Of a DNA stretch of 64,000 nucleotides, positions 18,420 through 27,841 are shown piece after piece; the stretch's first letter is position 1; each line of letters opens with the position of its first letter. A model generated the notes under the pieces. The model was given only the letters and a program-made list of their open reading frames with translations, had not been told where the DNA came from and did no database searches. Source of the stretch: Caldilineaceae bacterium. Its GTDB lineage: Bacteria; Chloroflexota; Anaerolineae; Caldilineales; Caldilineaceae. The position numbers were made by a program, and so were the translations under genes. Location of the stretch: positions 77,380 through 141,379 of the forward strand of contig JASNZV010000006.1 of the NCBI GenBank assembly GCA_048499455.1, given 5' to 3'.

Positions 18420-19430
18420 TTACAACGTGATCTTGGGATTGAGATAGGTGTACAACACATCGACGATCAAATTAGCGATGACAAAGGTAAACGCGTAGAT
18501 CATCACCACGCCTTGCACCAGTGGAAAATCGCGATTGAAGATCGCCTCGACCGTCAGCCGGCCCAGTCCGGGCCAGCCAAAGACCGCTTCGATAATCATG
18601 TTGCCGCCCAACAGCACGCCCACCTGCAAACCGACGACCGTGATCGTTGGGATCAGGGCGTTGCGCAGCGCATGGACCAGGATGACGCGGCCTTCGGGGG
18701 CGCCTTTGGCGCGGGCCAGTTGCACATAGTCCATGCGCAGGACTTCGAGCATACTCGAGCGCAGCACGCGGGCAATGATCGCGGCCACTGACGCCCCAAG
18801 CGTAAGTGAGGGCAGGAGCAGATGCCGGAGCGAACTCCACAGCGCCGGCCAGTTCCCCGTGAGCAGGCTATCGAGGACATAGAATCCGGTTATTGTTTGA
18901 AGACTGACACCGTACGCAATGCGGCCCTGCACGGGCAGCCATTTGAGTTGCACCGCAAAGAGCATGATCAACATGATCCCCAACCAAAAACCGGGCAGAG
19001 AGATGCCCACAAACGAAGCGGCCATACTCAGCCGGTCGAGCAGCGAATTCTGCCGCACAGCCGAGATGATGCCGATGGGAAAGGCGATGAGCAGGGCAAA
19101 GAGGAGTGCGCCCAGCGCCAACTCGATAGTAGCCGGCAGCCGGTCGCCGATCAGCATAGTGACCGGTCGCTTTTTGATGTAGGAAAAGCCCAGATCACCG
19201 CGCGCAGCATCGCGCAGAAAGTACCACAACTGAGTGGGGATCGGCTCGTCCAGATGGAACTCCCGGCGCAGGTTCTCGATCTCGCCAGCAGAAATGGCGC
19301 CCGCCTGTCCCATCATGATGTCCACCGGGTCGCCCGGCGTCAGCCGCATAAAGATGAAGACGATGACGGCCACACCCAGCATGATCGGGATCGTGTAGAG
19401 AATACGTGTCAGAATCCGGATGGTTTTCAT
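18420..19430 (-). CDS. ABC transporter permease (DppB/OppB type)
   Basis: Start set at MKTIRILTRILYTIP. EAA-loop region YVQLARAKGAPEGRVILVHALRNA. Confidence 0.9.
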   Translation of the reverse strand: MKTIRILTRILYTIPIMLGVAVIVFIFMRLTPGDPVDIMMGQAGAISAGEIENLRREFHLDEPIPTQLWYFLRDAARGDLGFSYIKKRPVTMLIGDRLPATIELALGALLFALLIAFPIGIISAVRQNSLLDRLSMAASFVGISLPGFWLGIMLIMLFAVQLKWLPVQGRIAYGVSLQTITGFYVLDSLLTGNWPALWSSLRHLLLPSLTLGASVAAIIARVLRSSMLEVLRMDYVQLARAKGAPEGRVILVHALRNALIPTITVVGLQVGVLLGGNMIIEAVFGWPGLGRLTVEAIFNRDFPLVQGVVMIYAFTFVIANLIVDVLYTYLNPKITL

Positions 19431-19598
19431 AGGCCCATGTTGCGCAAGCCCCCCGTCCTGTAGGGACACCTGTGCGAAGATGACTCAAAAGTTGCCCGGA
19501 AGCAGTTGTCTGTGCCGGGTAGATGAGTGTAAGCCACTCGTTCCTGTTTACTGGTTACTGACAACTGCTCCTTGGCTACTGATGCGCGCCTGACTATA

Positions 19599-21251
19599 TC
19601 AGGGAGCCAGACAGACATCATGGAGATTGATCCGGCTGTCGGATGCAGGCTCCCAATTCTGGACGCGGGCGCTGGCGGCTTCGATCTCGTCAGGCAGCAT
19701 GAGAAAGACGGCCGGCGCCTCATCGTACACAATCTGTTGCGCCTCGTCATAGATTGCGTGGCGTCGCGCCACCTCCGCTTCAGTTTCACCGGCGACGATC
19801 AGTTCGTCTACACGGGCGTTGCTGTAGCACGAGAAATTCCCGCGGCCATAGGGCTGCCCTTCAACAATGCTGTGCCACTTGGCCTCGAAGTGGCCGACTG
19901 GGTCGAATGCCGAATCACCCCAGTCATCCAGATAAGTCTGCCGTTCACAAGCCTGGAGTTGGGGTCTGATGACACTGTACTCCCAGAAGCGCACGTTGGC
20001 GTCAATGCCAATCTCGCGATACACGGTGGCCAGGGCCTCAGCCAACGAGCGAAACTCGTCCAGCGTGTCGATGGTCAAGACAAAGGGTCGGCCCTCTTTG
20101 TCAAGGATCCCATCATTGTTGCTGTCGGACCAGCCGGCCTCGGCCAGCAGCGCCAGGGCTCGATCAGGGTCGTAGGGATAAGGGGCCAGCGCGTTGTTGA
20201 CAAAGTTGTTGAGCGGTGACAGCGGCCCGGGCAAGGCCACTGCACGGCCACCGTAGACAGCCTCGATCAACAGATCCTTATCCACCGCATAATTCATGGC
20301 CTGGCGCACCTTGACATCGTCGAAAGGCGGAACAGTGACATTCATCTCCATCCACTTGGGTTGCGTGCCTGGCGCCGTCTTGACCTGAATATCCGGTGAT
20401 TGCATCAGCCTGTCGACCAGATCGGCGGGCACTGCCTGGATGATATCGACCTCGCCGGCGAGCAAAGCAGCGACGCGGGTAGAGGCTTCGGGGATCACCC
20501 GGAAGACCGCCTGCTCCACACAAGCTGGCCCCACCGGTGGCAGATCCGGCGCACCGCCCCAATAGTCGGCAAAGCGAGCCATCACGATCTGGTCATCCAG
20601 TTGCCCTTCCACAAAACGGAAGGGACCGGTCCCAATCGGTTTTTCAATGAAGCCCCGGGTTCCCACCTCTTCCAGATAACCCTTGGGAACGATCTGTTGG
20701 TGAACCAGAAGCTGCATGGCCGGCGGCCAGACGCCACTGAAGTTGAATCTGACCGTGTACTCGTCGACCTTTTCGACCGAGAGCAGGGGGGCGATCAGCC
20801 CTTTGCGTGGGGAAGTGTGGGGTTCAGGGTACTCGATGGCATTTTCCTGAATGATCCGGTTGAAGGTGAAGACCACATCGTCGGCGGTCAGTTCCTGGCC
20901 GTTGTGGAACTTCACACCCGGATGTAGTGTCGCTTCCAGCGTTGTGTCGTCGAGCCAGTTCATGGCCTCGGCAAGTTCGAGATGCACGCCGCTGCGCGTG
21001 TCGCGCGTTACCAGTCCATCGAACATGTTGCGGATCACCGTCTCCGCATAGCGGCTGCGATGGTCCGCAGGGTCCAGCGAGGTGGGCGCCTGGGCCAGGG
21101 CGACCACGATCGTCTGGGAAGCTGGCGCCTGTTCCGCCACCCTCGCTCTTTCAGCTGTGGGCGCCCCCCGGCAGGTGACCAGCCCGCCCAGAGCAAGCAC
21201 CACAGCGATTGCATATCCTACCAGTCGAAACTGAAGGGGTTGTTGTGACAT
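19599..21251 (-). CDS. ABC substrate-binding lipoprotein, family 5 (peptide/nickel type)
   Basis: Start set at MSQQPLQFRLVGYAIAVVLALGGLVTC (lipobox). Family-5 body with VKFHNGQELTADDVVFTF. Confidence 0.9.
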   Translation of the reverse strand: MSQQPLQFRLVGYAIAVVLALGGLVTCRGAPTAERARVAEQAPASQTIVVALAQAPTSLDPADHRSRYAETVIRNMFDGLVTRDTRSGVHLELAEAMNWLDDTTLEATLHPGVKFHNGQELTADDVVFTFNRIIQENAIEYPEPHTSPRKGLIAPLLSVEKVDEYTVRFNFSGVWPPAMQLLVHQQIVPKGYLEEVGTRGFIEKPIGTGPFRFVEGQLDDQIVMARFADYWGGAPDLPPVGPACVEQAVFRVIPEASTRVAALLAGEVDIIQAVPADLVDRLMQSPDIQVKTAPGTQPKWMEMNVTVPPFDDVKVRQAMNYAVDKDLLIEAVYGGRAVALPGPLSPLNNFVNNALAPYPYDPDRALALLAEAGWSDSNNDGILDKEGRPFVLTIDTLDEFRSLAEALATVYREIGIDANVRFWEYSVIRPQLQACERQTYLDDWGDSAFDPVGHFEAKWHSIVEGQPYGRGNFSCYSNARVDELIVAGETEAEVARRHAIYDEAQQIVYDEAPAVFLMLPDEIEAASARVQNWEPASDSRINLHDVCLAP

Positions 21252-21435
21252 GGTTTGTTCGCCTTTCTGCTCTAACCGAACACCACCAGGGTGCGAGTGG
21301 GGTGCGAGACCGTCGCACGGCAACTGACATGAGCCTAGAGCAGGCACTCATGTCAGCCGGCCTGGTGATCGATCGCGCCGTAGCGCTGCTGGCTCCCAGC
21401 CGCTGATCCGCCGGCAACGGAGCGCGCTGCGGCAC

Positions 21436-22671
21436 TCATGGCGCCGGACACTGCCAGGGGGTGTAGTTATCCTGGAACGGATAGACGCGGAATTCAGGCT
21501 CGCCCCGGTCCGTGTTGCCCACGGACTCCACCAGCGCGCCCTCATCCCACAACTCCACCCAGTACGGATGTCCACTACCGCCATAGCGAGCCGTATCGAC
21601 CGGCAGACCGTCGATCTTGAGATAGCCGGTCGAGCAGATGGAACCGATGCCTTTGGGCGTCATCGACAGCCAGTTCCCATCCCCCTCGCGGCGGTAGACT
21701 TTGATCCAGGCGCAGTGTTCCGGCTGGGGTGGCGCACAGGTGATGATGTTGCCGACCGGCCGCGCCTCCTCGGTGCGCCGGCTCCAACTGAGCCTGGCGA
21801 GCGCCCTGCCATAGCGCTCGAAGTACTCCATGCGGATCGTGTGGACACCGGCGCTTAGGTTGGTTTCGTAGGTGAAACGGGTGGCGGGCATTTCTCGCCA
21901 TTGGTCGATGACCAGGCGGTCATTGATGTACAACCGCACGCCGTCATCGGTTTCGGTCGTGAAGCGATAGCGCCCCGCTTCAAAGCGTAACGGGCGGGTC
22001 CAGCGCACCGAGAAGTTGTCGGCGTTGATCGTACCGGGCGCCGGGGAGCCGGCGCCCCAGTCGAAGTCGATCCGCTCGTCGTTGCGCACCAGGGCCGGCG
22101 ACCCCACAAGGTCGGGGTTGTTGAAGTATTCGCCACGCCATTGCTGTACACCGTTCGGGCTAACCCGACTCCAAGACAGCTTCGCCACGGCGACGCCCTC
22201 ATTCTCGAAATACTCCAGTTCGATAGGAACGCGGCCATCCGGCAGGTGGATGTCGCCGACGTAGGTCCGGGCTGCCTGGACGACCCAGGCGTCGATCAAC
22301 AAGTGGTTGTTGACCCACAGCCGGGCCCCGTCATCGACGGTCAGGCTGAACCGGTATAGCCCCGCACCAACATCCAGGTCGCGCGTCCAACGCGCCGAAA
22401 AGTGATCAGCCTGAACGCTTGGATGCGGAGATCCATAGCCCCAGTCGTGGTTCAATTCGGCTTCGCTCCGCTGCAACACGGGCGCGCCGGCCAGACCCAT
22501 GTTATTCCAATACGACGCCTGCCAGGCCGGGTTCGAATCCGCAGCGCGAACAGAGCCCTGTGCCAGCGCAGGCAGCACGCTCTCTACGCTCAGTGTAAAC
22601 GCCACCCATAGCGCGAGCGCCGCTATCGATAGCTGCAAGAGGATATGGCGCTGCAGAGTGCGAAATAACAT
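21436..22671 (-). CDS. Secreted protein with two PA14 domains and a Cys-containing C-terminal domain of unknown function
   Basis: Start set at [22 protein letters not shown] (signal peptide). Two PA14 repeats (WQASYWNN.. and WRGEYFNN..). The last ~115 aa (..[23 protein letters not shown]..) matched no family I recognise. Confidence 0.8.
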   Translation of the reverse strand: MLFRTLQRHILLQLSIAALALWVAFTLSVESVLPALAQGSVRAADSNPAWQASYWNNMGLAGAPVLQRSEAELNHDWGYGSPHPSVQADHFSARWTRDLDVGAGLYRFSLTVDDGARLWVNNHLLIDAWVVQAARTYVGDIHLPDGRVPIELEYFENEGVAVAKLSWSRVSPNGVQQWRGEYFNNPDLVGSPALVRNDERIDFDWGAGSPAPGTINADNFSVRWTRPLRFEAGRYRFTTETDDGVRLYINDRLVIDQWREMPATRFTYETNLSAGVHTIRMEYFERYGRALARLSWSRRTEEARPVGNIITCAPPQPEHCAWIKVYRREGDGNWLSMTPKGIGSICSTGYLKIDGLPVDTARYGGSGHPYWVELWDEGALVESVGNTDRGEPEFRVYPFQDNYTPWQCPAP

Positions 22672-22811
22672 CAAACACCTCCTCCGCCGCTCAACCTTCC
22701 ATGCGATGATTAGAGCGAGACTGTGCAAAGGCTAGATGCACTTCCTGAAGGACGTTGCAACTCTGGGCGGGCTTTCACAGTCCCGCTGTCATTCAAGCGC
22801 TCAGGTCGAAC

Positions 22812-22827
22812 TTGTCAACGTTGACAA
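22812..22827. promoter_or_regulatory. Perfect 16-bp palindrome upstream of the second PA14 gene
   Basis: TTGTCAACGTTGACAA is its own reverse complement. It lies ~140 bp upstream of the ATG at 22671. Confidence 0.4.
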
Positions 22828-22889
22828 ACGTCCAATTCGGTTTCTGGTCTAGCAAGCCACCGGTGGCCATCCTAACCATACAGACAAAC

Positions 22890-22942
22890 ACACTAAAATA
22901 CACTCACCATTGGGCCAGTTCATGAACTGGCCCAATGGTGAG
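22890..22942 (-). terminator. Probable terminator of the urease operon
   Basis: Perfect 18-bp stem CTCACCATTGGGCCAGTT / AACTGGCCCAATGGTGAG with a 4-nt loop, followed on the minus strand by UGUAUUUUAGU. Confidence 0.6.
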
Positions 22943-23084
22943 TCCTGGCTCACAGGAGGCGCGAACTCATTTTGATAGACTATCAGAGGGAAGCTCAGGA
23001 GGTGGTGAAGCAGTTCCAGCGGTCACTTGAGGTGACCTGCTGGCGATGGGTAGCAGTCAGAAGTCAGAATTCACGCAAAGCGGT

Positions 23085-24809
23085 TCAAAAGAGGAAGTAG
23101 CGCTGCGCCATGGGCAGTTCGCTCGCCGGCTCGCAGGTGAGCAGTTCCCCATCGGCGCGCACTTCGTAGGTTTCTGGGTCGACTTCGATCACCGGCGTGG
23201 CATCGTTGTGGATCATATCCGCCTTGCCGACGGCGCGACACTTCGCCACCGGCACAATCGCCTTAGCCAATCCGAGTTGTTCAGGAATGCCCGCTTCGAC
23301 TGCCGCCTGCGACAGCAGCGTAACGCTCGTCGCCGCTGTGGCCTTGCCAAAGCTGCCAAACATGGGTCGGTAGAGCACCGGCTGCGGTGTCGGGATCGAC
23401 GCATTGGCGTCGCCCATCACACTCCAGGCGATCATGCCCCCCTTGACCACCATCTCTGGCTTGACGCCAAAAAAGGCCGGCTTCCACAGCACCAGGTCGG
23501 CCAGCTTGCCCGGCTCGATGGAGCCGATGACGCGCCCCGCGCCGTGGGCGAGGGCCGGGTTGATCGTATACTTTGCCACATAGCGTTTGACGCGGAAATT
23601 GTCGTTGCGGCTTGAATCCTGCGGCAGGGGGCCGCGCTGCACCTTCATTTTGTGCGCCGTCTGCCAGGTGCGCGTCACCACCTCACCAACCCGCCCCATG
23701 GCCTGCGAATCGCTGGCGATCATGCTGATCACCCCCAGATCATGCAGAATGTCTTCGGCGGCGATGGTCTCGGCGCGGATGCGGCTTTCGGCAAAGGCCA
23801 CATCCTCCGGCGCCTGCGGGTTGAGGTGGTGGCAGACCATGAGCATGTCCAGATGCTCAGCGATGGTGTTGACGGTAAAGGGCCGCGTCGGGTTGGTCGA
23901 GGAAGGCAGAATATAGGGAAAGCCTGCAATCTTGATGATGTCGGGCGCATGGCCGCCACCGGCCCCTTCGGTATGATAGGTGTGAATCGTGCGCCCCTGG
24001 ATGGCGGCGATGGTATCCTCCACAAAACCGGCCTCGTTAAGCGTATCGGTGTGGATGGCAACCTGCACGTCATATTGATCCGCCACGCGCAGACAGGTAT
24101 CGATGGCGGCAGGGGTCGTGCCCCAATCCTCGTGCAGCTTCAGTCCGCAGGCGCCGGCCACCACCTGTTCGACCAGCGGCAACGGTGTCGAGGCGTTGCC
24201 TTTGCCCAGAAACCCAAAGTTGACTGGCCACACCTCAGCCGCCTGCAACATGCGGGCAATATTCCACGCACCGGGTGTGCAGGTGGTGGCGTTGGTGCCG
24301 GTGGCCGGGCCAGTCCCCCCGCCCAGCATGGTGGTGATGCCGTTGGAGAGCGCCTCGTAGACTTGCTGCGGGGCGATAAAATGGATGTGCGCATCGATCC
24401 CGCCGGGCGTGACGATCAGATGCTCCCCGGCGATCACCTCGGTGCTGGCGCCGACGACCAGTTCGGGGTCAACGCCGGCCATCGTGTCCGGGTTGCCCGC
24501 CTTGCCCACCTTGACGATGCGACCATCCTTGATTCCGATATCGCCTTTGACGATGCCCCAGTGGTCGATGATCAACGCATTGGTGATGACGAGGTCGAGC
24601 GCGCCGGGCGACCCTTCGCGGGTGGCGCGGCTGCTCTGCCCCATCCCGTCGCGGATCGTCTTGCCGCCGCCAAAGGTGACCTCGTCGCCGTAGACGGTAA
24701 AGTCCTGTTCCACTTCGATGATCAATTCAGTGTCGGCCAGCCGTACCCGGTCGCCGGTGGTGGGGCCGTAAAGATCAGCGTACGTCTGGCGTGGAATAGT
24801 TAGCGCCAT
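23085..24809 (-). CDS. ureC: Urease alpha subunit
   Basis: Start set at [45 protein letters not shown] (carbamylated Lys context), [18 protein letters not shown] and MVCHHL are all present. Confidence 0.97.
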   Translation of the reverse strand: MALTIPRQTYADLYGPTTGDRVRLADTELIIEVEQDFTVYGDEVTFGGGKTIRDGMGQSSRATREGSPGALDLVITNALIIDHWGIVKGDIGIKDGRIVKVGKAGNPDTMAGVDPELVVGASTEVIAGEHLIVTPGGIDAHIHFIAPQQVYEALSNGITTMLGGGTGPATGTNATTCTPGAWNIARMLQAAEVWPVNFGFLGKGNASTPLPLVEQVVAGACGLKLHEDWGTTPAAIDTCLRVADQYDVQVAIHTDTLNEAGFVEDTIAAIQGRTIHTYHTEGAGGGHAPDIIKIAGFPYILPSSTNPTRPFTVNTIAEHLDMLMVCHHLNPQAPEDVAFAESRIRAETIAAEDILHDLGVISMIASDSQAMGRVGEVVTRTWQTAHKMKVQRGPLPQDSSRNDNFRVKRYVAKYTINPALAHGAGRVIGSIEPGKLADLVLWKPAFFGVKPEMVVKGGMIAWSVMGDANASIPTPQPVLYRPMFGSFGKATAATSVTLLSQAAVEAGIPEQLGLAKAIVPVAKCRAVGKADMIHNDATPVIEVDPETYEVRADGELLTCEPASELPMAQRYFLF

Positions 24810-24810
24810 C

Positions 24811-25140
24811 CTACTCTCCTTTTTTCCCATCGAGCGGACCCTGCACCAACCCCCTGGCGCCGTATGCCAGCCGCTCGCCGGCAAAGGGCGTGAGCGCCAC
24901 TTCCTTCTCATCGCCCGGCTCAAAGCGGACGGCCGTCCCCGATGGGATGTTGAGCCGCATCCCGTATGCGGACTGGCGGTCGAAACGCAGCGCCTGGTTG
25001 ACCTCGAAAAAGTGGAAATGGCTGCCCACCTGGATGGGCCGGTCGCCCGTGTGCGCCACTAGCATTGTCACCACCGGTCGCCCGGCGTTGGCCGTGATCT
25101 CGCCCGCTGCTTCGTCCACCAATACTTCGCCTGGTTTCAT
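24811..25140 (-). CDS. ureB: Urease beta subunit
   Basis: Start set at [23 protein letters not shown]. Contains [13 protein letters not shown]. Confidence 0.95.
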   Translation of the reverse strand: MKPGEVLVDEAAGEITANAGRPVVTMLVAHTGDRPIQVGSHFHFFEVNQALRFDRQSAYGMRLNIPSGTAVRFEPGDEKEVALTPFAGERLAYGARGLVQGPLDGKKGE

Positions 25141-25286
25141 CGATTCCTCCCTACTCTGGGCAGGCCAAAACAAACACAGTTCACAGAGAACACAGCGGTA
25201 GTTCTCCGTGAACTGGTATGATGGGTGCGCAGCGCCGAACTCTGTGCATCTCTGTGACTTCTCTGCGCCCTCTGTGATGCTGCTTG
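25141..25286. repeat. Repeat element between ureA and ureB (CACAGAG/CTCTGTG hairpin plus one copy of the 37-bp unit)
   Basis: 25214-25250 TGGTATGATGGGTGCGCAGCGCCGAACTCTGTGCATC matches the 42381-42491 unit at 36 of 37 positions. GTTCACAGAGAAC / GTTCTCCGTGAAC form an inverted repeat just upstream. Confidence 0.75.
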
Positions 25287-25589
25287 TCACCGGATCGGGT
25301 CATGCACGGTCACCAATTTGGTCCCATCGGGGAAGGTGGCTTCGACCTGCACCTCGTGGATCATCTCGGCGATACCGTCCATGACATCCGCGCGCGTCAG
25401 CACTGTCGCGCCAAAGCTCATGATCTCGGCGACGCTCTTGCCGTCGCGCGCCGCCTCCATGATCTCGGCGGTGAGGATGGCGACGGCTTCGGGGTAGTTG
25501 AGTTTGAGCCCACGCTGCCGGCGTTTGCGCGCCAACTCGGCGGCCACGAAGATCAACAGCTTTTCTTGCTCGCGTTGGGTTAGGTGCAT
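25287..25589 (-). CDS. ureA: Urease gamma subunit
   Basis: Start set at [37 protein letters not shown], giving 100 aa. Confidence 0.95.
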   Translation of the reverse strand: MHLTQREQEKLLIFVAAELARKRRQRGLKLNYPEAVAILTAEIMEAARDGKSVAEIMSFGATVLTRADVMDGIAEMIHEVQVEATFPDGTKLVTVHDPIR

Positions 25590-25647
25590 CGATCTGCTCC
25601 GCTCTCCTCCCGGTGCATCGCACGCTGCGCATGCAACGCACCATGTG

Positions 25648-26508
25648 TCAATAGATCTTGCGCGGCAGCAGCGCCCGCGCCTGATACAAGTCACATTTGG
25701 CGAGTTGCCAAAACTGGACCAGCCCGGCGCCCAACTGGCGGCTGTTCATGCCCAGCGCACGGACCACGACGCCGTGGGCAGCCAACGCGCTCACGCCCCA
25801 CAGCGTCTCGCCGGGGCTGCTCAACGAGCGGGCAAGTTGATCCAGCCGTTCTTCCAGCGCCGGCCAGGTCGCGGCCGGTGCGCCGACGCGGCAGGCATAG
25901 AGGGTGGCCATGTACCGGTAACCGCCCAACCGCGCCAGTGCGCCTGGTGAACGCTCTGCTGGCTCAAGCCGGAACCGTTCCAGCGCAACCGGACGCCCGT
26001 CGGCATGGATGTCCAGGTCGAGCGTCAGTGATTCAAACGCAAAGAGTTCGCCATGCGCCACCCGGCCCGGCGCCACCATCTCCCAGAAGAAAAGGCCGGC
26101 ATCATGCGCCAGGTCGATGATCGTCTCCTGACGGTAGCGGCTCCCGGCGTAGGGGATCAGCGGGTCGGGCAGGTATTCCAACAGGGCGCCGGCCTGCACC
26201 CGCAGTTTCGTCCTCTGCGCCGCGTCCGGTAGGCCAGCCCGGTGACGATAGACGCGCGTGGCCCCCGTCGAGGTGATCTGCGCACGGGCGCCCGGCCCAA
26301 TGGTTGCCTCCAGGCGCAGCAAGTCGCCCCCCAGGATGCCGCCTGAGAGGTTGTGAAGGTGCGCCACGGCGGCTCCGTCTGCCGCAGGAAAGGCTCGCAC
26401 CACCCGGAGCGGAGGTGTTTGGGCCTGAACCGCCAGACGCGGCGGCTGGCCGGCCGCCGGTGCGCAAATGCTCAACTGTAGCTGTCCCTGCGCCCCACCA
26501 ATTGACAT
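25648..26508 (-). CDS. ureD: Urease accessory protein UreD/UreH
   Basis: Start set at [10 protein letters not shown], 5 nt after the ureF stop. UreD-like core ..[25 protein letters not shown].. Confidence 0.85.
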   Translation of the reverse strand: MSIGGAQGQLQLSICAPAAGQPPRLAVQAQTPPLRVVRAFPAADGAAVAHLHNLSGGILGGDLLRLEATIGPGARAQITSTGATRVYRHRAGLPDAAQRTKLRVQAGALLEYLPDPLIPYAGSRYRQETIIDLAHDAGLFFWEMVAPGRVAHGELFAFESLTLDLDIHADGRPVALERFRLEPAERSPGALARLGGYRYMATLYACRVGAPAATWPALEERLDQLARSLSSPGETLWGVSALAAHGVVVRALGMNSRQLGAGLVQFWQLAKCDLYQARALLPRKIY

Positions 26509-26513
26509 AGACG

Positions 26514-27206
26514 TTAGCTGATAAAGAGCCGTACGGGCAAATTGGCATGGCGCATTTGCGCCAGGTCGGCCATGACGGCGCAGGTGCGCGGCAGCCCTTC
26601 GCACGCCCGGCTCTGTTCGGCGGCGGCAATCAACGTAGGCTTGAGTTGCCACAAGAGTTGCATCACCCAGCTCTGCCCCACCGGCAGGAGCTTCTGTGCA
26701 GCGGCCAGCAGCCCAGCGGCGGATTGTTGCAGCAAGGCCAGCGTTGCCGCGTCTTCGTCAAGACCGAGCGTTCCGGCTGCCAAACCAAAGGCTGCCGCAT
26801 AGTGACTGTCGGCGCTCGTCTGGCGGGCTGTTTGGGCAATCGTCTGCACGCGCGACGGGCCGGTCAATGCGCCGGCCAGGGTCAGAAAACGGCGGCCCAG
26901 GGCCGCGCTGGCGTCCCGCCCCTCGCGCGCGGTGCGCAGCGCCGAAATTTGCTGGTTGAGTTGCAGCCATTGCTCCCCCAGCGCGGCGTCGTCGGCCAGT
27001 GCGGCCAGCCGAAAGCCGCGCCGGCAGAAGGATGCTTCTTGTACGCCAATCTCCACCAAATAATCGGCCAGATAGGCGCCGAGGCCCTCCGGCGCGAGCT
27101 GCTCTTGCGCGGCGAGCGTTTCCAGCCCGTAAGAATGGGCCTGCGCACCGATGGGAAAGGCGCTATCGGCCAGTTGGAGCAATTGGAGAATCGCAACTTG
27201 GGTCAT
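26514..27206 (-). CDS. ureF: Urease accessory protein UreF
   Basis: Start set at MTQVAILQLLQLADSAFPIGAQAHSYGLE, the characteristic UreF N-terminus. Confidence 0.88.
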   Translation of the reverse strand: MTQVAILQLLQLADSAFPIGAQAHSYGLETLAAQEQLAPEGLGAYLADYLVEIGVQEASFCRRGFRLAALADDAALGEQWLQLNQQISALRTAREGRDASAALGRRFLTLAGALTGPSRVQTIAQTARQTSADSHYAAAFGLAAGTLGLDEDAATLALLQQSAAGLLAAAQKLLPVGQSWVMQLLWQLKPTLIAAAEQSRACEGLPRTCAVMADLAQMRHANLPVRLFIS

Positions 27207-27228
27207 GGAGGCCGGCGCTTTTGATACG

Positions 27229-27252
27229 GAATGCACAATGCGAATGCACAAT
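27229..27252. promoter_or_regulatory. Direct repeat GAATGCACAAT, two copies, just upstream of ureF
   Basis: GAATGCACAAT at 27229-27239 and 27242-27252 (13-bp period), 23-46 bp upstream of the ureF ATG. A related GAATGCA..CATTC occurs at 27403-27422. Confidence 0.4.
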
Positions 27253-27412
27253 ATGGACCACTATAGCGCCCGGCTCACAAGGGCGCCACGCACAAGATTG
27301 CCAATATTGAACGGGATTCGTTGTTCAGATTGCACGACCGTCTTGGTTTGGATGCCCGACCCGGCGCTTTTGCCCCAAAGATGGCGTTGATCATTCGAGG
27401 CCGAATGCAATT

Positions 27413-27440
27413 TTGCACATTCGCACTGATGTGCTATCAT
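27413..27440 (+). promoter_or_regulatory. Sigma-70-like promoter for the candidate sRNA
   Basis: TTGCAC (27413-27418), a 16-nt spacer, then TATCAT (27435-27440). Confidence 0.45.
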
Positions 27441-27446
27441 GAGTGC

Positions 27447-27537
27447 GGAAAGCAAGCCGACCTGCAAGTGTAGGTCGGCAATTGCTTTGGTATTGGAGTT
27501 TTACAGCTGGGCGCCGCCAGGGTATGGCGGTGTTTTT
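27447..27537 (+). ncRNA. Candidate small RNA of about 90 nt (unclassified)
   Basis: Contains the hairpin AAAGCAAGCCGACCT / AGGTCGGCAATTGCTTT, a single-stranded stretch, and a terminator stem CGCCGCC / GGCGGTG followed by TTTTT ending at 27537. No plausible CDS follows on this strand for ~300 nt. Confidence 0.4.
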
Positions 27538-27565
27538 CATGGCGACTCCCACGCCAGTTGTCGCA

Positions 27566-27613
27566 CCGTAGTCGTGTAAGGCCGTAGTCGTGTAAGGCCG
27601 TAGTCGTGTAAGG
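27566..27613. repeat. Perfect tandem repeat, 3 x 16 bp
   Basis: CCGTAGTCGTGTAAGG at 27566, 27582 and 27598. Confidence 0.9.
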
Positions 27614-27841
27614 GTGCGCTGAGCAACAAGCAACATACACCTGGTGGACGGCGCCTGCACGACATTGCACGCCGATGAAACAAACCGCCTTCAAAACTCG
27701 TTACGTTTGATAATTCGGCCATTGCTGACCACACACAGCGGTCACGGCAATCCATCGCACACCTGCGTTTGACCAGATACGTATCAATCGCGCTGCAACG
27801 GGGCAGTGCGAAACGTGTTGGTGTATTTTTGAGAGAACAGT

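Noticed and set aside
22521-22550. tRNA-like T-arm sequence GGTTCGAATCC
   Set aside because: It lies inside the PA14 CDS (encoding ..ADSNPAW..). No acceptor, D or anticodon arms could be built around it.
23652-24803. 383-aa ORF antisense to ureC
   Set aside because: The same GC-driven artefact. ureC is certain.
24810-25290. N-terminal extensions of ureC, ureB, ureA, ureD and ureF in the ORF track
   Set aside because: The extensions translate intergenic or repeat DNA and overlap the upstream genes. Canonical family N-termini with internal ATGs give tightly packed genes.
27261-27755. Four overlapping minus-strand ORFs of 68-89 aa in the ureF-greA intergenic region
   Set aside because: They overlap one another in different frames and run through the 16-bp tandem repeats and hairpins. 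No ribosome-binding site or motif is present. I treat the region as noncoding.
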